A stretch of DNA of 45,963 nt from NCBI GenBank assembly GCA_964458205.1, contig CAYWFJ010000001.1, forward strand, positions 1-45,963, given 5' to 3'. A program made the position numbers and the translations under genes. A model generated the notes under the pieces. It made no database searches and was not told where the DNA came from. It worked only from the letters and a program-made list of their open reading frames with translations. Below are positions 42,107-45,963 of this stretch, piece by piece. Position 1 is the first letter of the stretch. Every line of letters starts with the position of its first letter. The stretch is from Candidatus Micrarchaeota archaeon (GTDB lineage: Archaea; Micrarchaeota; Micrarchaeia; Anstonellales; Anstonellaceae).

Positions 42107-42294
42107 CACACACCCCGCCAATAATAAAGAACCATCTTCCATTTAAAAGCCATCCCGCCTGCGAGCTGGCAGGCTGGTTGGGATGGAGGGCCTTGCCGTA
42201 AAAGGCGCACACTCTGCCCGCAACGTTTCTTGCAGGGGGGCAGCCAGCCTAACAAAATGGAGCGAATTATAAAACTAAAGGGGAATACCTTACC

Positions 42295-42669
42295 ATGGCA
42301 AAAATCATCCTGTTCGCGGCTTTCGCAGCGTTTCTCCTTTTTTTCGGCTGCGCATCCGATATGCGGCTGCCGCAGGGGCAGCTCAATTCCACCCAATGCG
42401 ACGCGCTTGGGGGCAGGCTGGTGAACACGTTGGGGGGGAGCTGCTCTTCCGGCGAGAGCAACGCGGGAGAGGTGGAAGGCCTCCAGTGCCCCTGCATCTG
42501 CTGCGTGCCTTCCGAGCCCCAGCGCCACAGGATGAATTCAACTGATTGCGATTCGCTTGGCGGCAGGGTAATCAACAGGCTGGGCGAGAGCTGCGCTTCC
42601 GGCGAGAGGGATGCCGGCGACATAGAAGGGGTGCTCTGCCCCTGCGTTTGCTGCGTCCCTAAGAATTGA
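42295..42669 (+). CDS. small secreted lipoprotein with an internally duplicated six-cysteine module ending in CPC[IV]CCVP
   Basis: Signal/lipobox MAKIILFAAFAAFLLFFGC. Two 43-aa modules (aa 30-72 and 80-122) align residue for residue. TATA-like ATTATAAAAC lies about 20-25 nt upstream. Confidence 0.65.
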   Translation: MAKIILFAAFAAFLLFFGCASDMRLPQGQLNSTQCDALGGRLVNTLGGSCSSGESNAGEVEGLQCPCICCVPSEPQRHRMNSTDCDSLGGRVINRLGESCASGERDAGDIEGVLCPCVCCVPKN

Positions 42670-42693
42670 AAGAAAAAGGCAAAAGGGCGGAAA

Positions 42694-42852
42694 TCAGCTT
42701 TCCGCAAGCTCCTTTTTCAGCTTCGCAAGCCCCTCATGGACTTCAGGGTGCTTCCTAAGAGGGTCCATCCGTGCCTTTGCCTCAAGCTCGGCTATTTTCA
42801 CCTTGAGGTTCGCGTGCTTTCTTGTCAGGTCCTTTTTGCTCATTCCCATCAT
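42694..42852 (-). CDS. small (52-aa) charged helical protein, translationally coupled to mscL
   Basis: Not in the ORF track (under 60 aa). MMGMSKKDLTRKHANLKVKIAELEAKARMDPLRKHPEVHEGLAKLKKELAES. Its ATG overlaps the mscL stop (ATGA). Confidence 0.4.
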   Translation of the reverse strand: MMGMSKKDLTRKHANLKVKIAELEAKARMDPLRKHPEVHEGLAKLKKELAES

Positions 42853-43148
42853 TTCGCCTCGTCTTTTATCGCGAATTTCACGATAACGAATATCACGACA
42901 GCAATTATCACAAAGTCAATGAGTGCGCCGGCAAAGTCCCCTATGAGGAATTTCACGGGCCCGATGTCCAGGGTCGCCATCCGCCAGTCCCCTCCGGGTA
43001 TTAGCGCCGCGATTACGGGCATGATGATGTCGTTCACCATCGCGCTCACAAGCTTTGCCGCTGCCGCGCCCATTATGAATGCGACCGCAAGCCCAATCAC
43101 CTTGTGCTTGTTCAAAAACGCCATAAACTCGTCAACAAAACCCATCAA
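42849..43148 (-). CDS. mscL: large-conductance mechanosensitive channel
   Basis: VIGLAVAFIMGAAAAKLVSAMVNDIIMP and a second TM helix, FAGALIDFVIIAVVIFVIV. Confidence 0.85.
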   Translation of the reverse strand: MMGFVDEFMAFLNKHKVIGLAVAFIMGAAAAKLVSAMVNDIIMPVIAALIPGGDWRMATLDIGPVKFLIGDFAGALIDFVIIAVVIFVIVKFAIKDEAK

Positions 43149-43256
43149 ACCACACTCAAGTGAAAAATCGCCGGCAACTTATATAAATGGTTTCTTGGAA
43201 TATCTCGACAAGTCGTGGGGGGATAGCGCTGCCCACGGAATTTGCGGGGGATTTTG

Positions 43257-44447
43257 ATGGAAGTTTCAAAAAGGACGCTTCAGCTTGGGACCGAAACTGC
43301 GTTTGAGGTGCTTGCAGAGGTGAACCGCCTCTCTCGTGAAGGCAAGAACATCGTGAGCTTCTGCATCGGGCAGCCGGATTTCGACACGCCCAAGCACATA
43401 AAAGACGCTGGAATAAAGGCAATCAACGAGGGCAAGACGAATTACACCGACTCGGCGGGCATAATGCCTGCGCGCACTGCGGTCGCCGCCTATCTTTCCC
43501 GCACCCGCAAAATAGAGGTAAAGCCTGAGCACGTGGTAATCGCGAACGGAGCAAAGCACTTCATAGCATTCGCAGTCGCATGCGCCACCGACCCTGGGGT
43601 CGGCGACGAGGTAATCTACCCAAATCCAGGCTATCCGATTTACGAGTCGCAGATAATCGCGAACGGAGCCGTGCCCATCCCGCTGCCGCTTACCGAAAAA
43701 AAGAAATTCAGCTTCGAGATTTCCGAGCTTGAGTCGCGCATAACCAAAAGGACCAAGCTTCTCATACTCAACACGCCGCACAACCCGACCGGCGGGATAC
43801 TCGAGGAGGACGACCTTGCCGCAATCGCTGCGCTTTGCAAAAAGCACGATTTGTGGGTGTATGCGGACGAAATATACTGCCAGCTCTCATATGACAAGGA
43901 ATTCAGGAGCATCGCGTCAATCCCGGGCATGTACGAGCGCACGATAATATCGGACGGCGCATCCAAGGCGTATGCGATGACCGGCTGGAGGATGGGCTTT
44001 GCCGCAAACCCATCCCTTGCGCCCCACATGGCGCGCTGGGTGACCAACACCGAGGCATGCGGAAACCATATGGCGCAATACGCGCTTATCGAGGCGCTTG
44101 ATGGCCCGCAGGAAGAAACGAAGAAAATGGTGCAAAGCTTCCGCGAGCGGCGCGACCTCATCGTTGGGCTCCTAAATGGAATCGAAGGAGTGCGCTGCCA
44201 CTCACCAGGCGGCGCTTTCTACGTTTACCCGAACGTCACAAAGGCGCTTTCAAACCTGGGGCTTTCCGAATCCGACGACTTGCGCAAGCTCCTTCTTGAA
44301 AACGGGGTTGCGGTCCTTGCGGACAAGCACTTCGGCCGCAGGAACCACGGCGACCCGGAGCAGTACATACGGCTCAGCTACGCGACAAGCAAGGAAAACA
44401 TCATCGAGGGCGTTTCGCGCATGAAAAAGATAATCGAGAAAAAATAG
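43257..44447 (+). CDS. pyridoxal-phosphate-dependent aminotransferase, class I (aspartate aminotransferase-like)
   Basis: NPGYPIY, NTPHNPTG, PLP-lysine context SDGASKAYAMTGWRMGF, and a C-terminal IRLSYA. Confidence 0.85.
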   Translation: MEVSKRTLQLGTETAFEVLAEVNRLSREGKNIVSFCIGQPDFDTPKHIKDAGIKAINEGKTNYTDSAGIMPARTAVAAYLSRTRKIEVKPEHVVIANGAKHFIAFAVACATDPGVGDEVIYPNPGYPIYESQIIANGAVPIPLPLTEKKKFSFEISELESRITKRTKLLILNTPHNPTGGILEEDDLAAIAALCKKHDLWVYADEIYCQLSYDKEFRSIASIPGMYERTIISDGASKAYAMTGWRMGFAANPSLAPHMARWVTNTEACGNHMAQYALIEALDGPQEETKKMVQSFRERRDLIVGLLNGIEGVRCHSPGGAFYVYPNVTKALSNLGLSESDDLRKLLLENGVAVLADKHFGRRNHGDPEQYIRLSYATSKENIIEGVSRMKKIIEKK

Positions 44448-44515
44448 GCGCGCTGCAAGCGGATTGGCTTCTGGCTTGATGGGGCAACGGACAAAAGCGG
44501 TTGGAAGGGATTGCA

Positions 44516-45963
44516 ATGGGCATAATGGACGCAAACGGCACTGAGAAAACGTATTCTGCTGACGAAATAAGAAAGTCGGCGGACGAGATGCGCGGCTACG
44601 CGCTCATCGCCCTCCACTGCGCAGGCTCCGGGCACACGGGCGGCACCCTTTCGGCATTGGATTTTGTCGCAGCGCTTTATTTGCGCGAGATGCGCCACCA
44701 GCCCTCAAACCCGCTTTGGGACGGGCGCGACAGGCTGTTCTTTTCTGCAGGCCACAAGGCGCCCGCATGGTACATCCCGCTTGGCTACTGCGGCTATTTC
44801 GATATAAGGACAACCTCCACTCTCCGCAAGATGGACAGCCCTTTCTGCGGGCATCCTGACCGGAAGAAGCTTTCCGGAATAGAGATGTCCTGCGGCTCGC
44901 TCGGGCAGGGGCTATCAGTAGCGGTCGGCGACGCCTTGGCAGCCAAGCTTGACCGGAAAAGCCACAGGGTATACTGCATAATGGGCGACGGCGAGCAGCA
45001 GGAAGGGCAGATTTGGGAAGCGGCAATGGAGGCCGCGCACTACAAGCTTGACAACCTGGTCGGAATAGTGGACAAGAATTCCCTTCAGATAGACGGCGCG
45101 GTGAAAGACGTGATGGGCATCGACCCGATTGACGAGAAATACCGCGCTTTCGGCTGGCATGTCGTAGTGTGCGACGGGCATAACATCGAGGATCTCTTGA
45201 AGGCGTTCGAGGAGGCCCGCAACACGAAGGGGAAGCCCACGGTTATAATCGCGAAGACGGTGAAAGGCAAGGGCGTCTCCTTCATGGAGAACCAGGCCGG
45301 CTGGCACGGCAGGGCGCCAAACAGGGAAGAGCTGGACAGGGCGCTTATTGAGTTGAAGCTAACGCACCTTCCAAAAGACGAGATGATTGCCCTTGCGCAG
45401 GAGCACCAGAGGAAAGTCACGCAGGAAATAGAGGCGGCAATGCCCAAGTTCAGCAGGAACTACTGGTGGAACGCGCAGGACATAATGAAAGCCGAGATGA
45501 AGTCCACCAAGGTAGGCTTCGGCGACGAGCTTTCGGAAAACGGCAATCCGAATGTCGTCGCGCTTGGCGCAGACATTTCCGGCTCGATTTCGATAAGCAT
45601 GTTCTATGACAAGAAGCCCGAGCGGAAGGAGCGCTTCTTTTCAATGGGCATAGCCGAGCAGTCCGGCACCTGCGTTGCCGCCGGGTTTGCGAAGGAAGGC
45701 AAGATTCCGTTTTTCGGCACTTACGGCGTATTTGCGGCGGGCCGCGCGCTTGACCAGGTGCGCACAACCGTATGCTACGGAAACCTCAACGTGAAGATAG
45801 TCGGGGCGCACGGCGGGATTTCAGTCGGGCCTGACGGCGCGACCCACCAGGCCTTGGAGGAGATATTCCAGATAGCCGGGCTTCCGAACATGAACCTTCT
45901 TGTCCCATGCGACTCATGGGAGACAAAGAAGGCAACCGGGGCGATGATAGGCGAGATAAACGG
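44516..45963 (+). CDS. tkt: transketolase, fused N- and C-terminal modules (3' end runs off the window)
   Basis: My own translation from ATG 44516 is open to the window edge. GSGHTGGTLS, GDGEQQEGQIWEA, then the pyrimidine-binding part FSMGIAEQS...GPDGATHQ. Confidence 0.85.
   Translation, partial: MGIMDANGTEKTYSADEIRKSADEMRGYALIALHCAGSGHTGGTLSALDFVAALYLREMRHQPSNPLWDGRDRLFFSAGHKAPAWYIPLGYCGYFDIRTTSTLRKMDSPFCGHPDRKKLSGIEMSCGSLGQGLSVAVGDALAAKLDRKSHRVYCIMGDGEQQEGQIWEAAMEAAHYKLDNLVGIVDKNSLQIDGAVKDVMGIDPIDEKYRAFGWHVVVCDGHNIEDLLKAFEEARNTKGKPTVIIAKTVKGKGVSFMENQAGWHGRAPNREELDRALIELKLTHLPKDEMIALAQEHQRKVTQEIEAAMPKFSRNYWWNAQDIMKAEMKSTKVGFGDELSENGNPNVVALGADISGSISISMFYDKKPERKERFFSMGIAEQSGTCVAAGFAKEGKIPFFGTYGVFAAGRALDQVRTTVCYGNLNVKIVGAHGGISVGPDGATHQALEEIFQIAGLPNMNLLVPCDSWETKKATGAMIGEIN

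Noticed and set aside
42267-42707. 146-aa minus-strand ORF opposite the CPCxCC lipoprotein gene
   Set aside because: It mirrors the repeat but is Ser/Pro/Gln-rich low-complexity sequence with no signal peptide and no upstream promoter. The plus-strand ORF has a signal peptide/lipobox and a TATA box.
42736-43257. 173-aa plus-strand ORF
   Set aside because: It is antisense to mscL and to the coupled small ORF.
1-45963. CRISPR arrays, cas genes, rRNA genes, transposases, toxin-antitoxin pairs
   Set aside because: Reading both strands found no regularly spaced identical repeats and no matching ORF signatures.

Overview
GC-rich, gene-dense archaeal chromosomal segment with about 50 protein genes and three tRNA genes. 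I saw no rRNA, CRISPR array, transposase, integrase or reverse transcriptase. The archaeal assignment rests on Elp3, Pth2, archease, ribosomal protein L35Ae, NurA, a TRAM protein, an ADP-dependent sugar kinase, class III (prepilin-type) signal peptides, intron-containing tRNAs, and TTTAWA-type TATA boxes about 20-30 nt upstream of start codons or tRNA 5' ends. Many genes look leaderless; others have GGAGG/GGTGA ribosome-binding sites. A DPANN/Micrarchaeota-like origin is only a guess. Housekeeping content: two-subunit 2-oxoacid:ferredoxin oxidoreductase, a Glu/Leu/Phe/Val-type dehydrogenase, Elp3, GlmS, glycogen debranching enzyme, IMPase, a folate one-carbon/purine cluster (PurB, GlyA, FolD, FolC, MTHFS-PurN fusion), a class I aminotransferase and transketolase (3' partial). 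About a third of the genes encode secreted or membrane-anchored proteins. Observations most worth follow-up: (1) all three tRNA-Gly isoacceptors lie in the window, and two are each interrupted by two introns, one at the canonical 37/38 site and one inside the T-loop; (2) the third tRNA-Gly is preceded by a 37-nt acceptor-stem minihelix; (3) a tightly coupled five-gene operon of prepilin-like proteins has no assembly ATPase, platform or peptidase nearby; (4) a separate pilin gene has a 5' end carrying three tandem copies of the prepilin cleavage motif; (5) a lipoprotein is built from 12 tandem 26-aa four-cysteine repeats, and a small lipoprotein has a duplicated CPCxCC module, with two adjacent membrane-anchored thiol-disulfide oxidoreductases also in the window; (6) there is an MTHFS-PurN gene fusion, and FolC has a conserved N-terminus with no canonical start codon. 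All functional calls come from motif recognition by eye; no database search was run.
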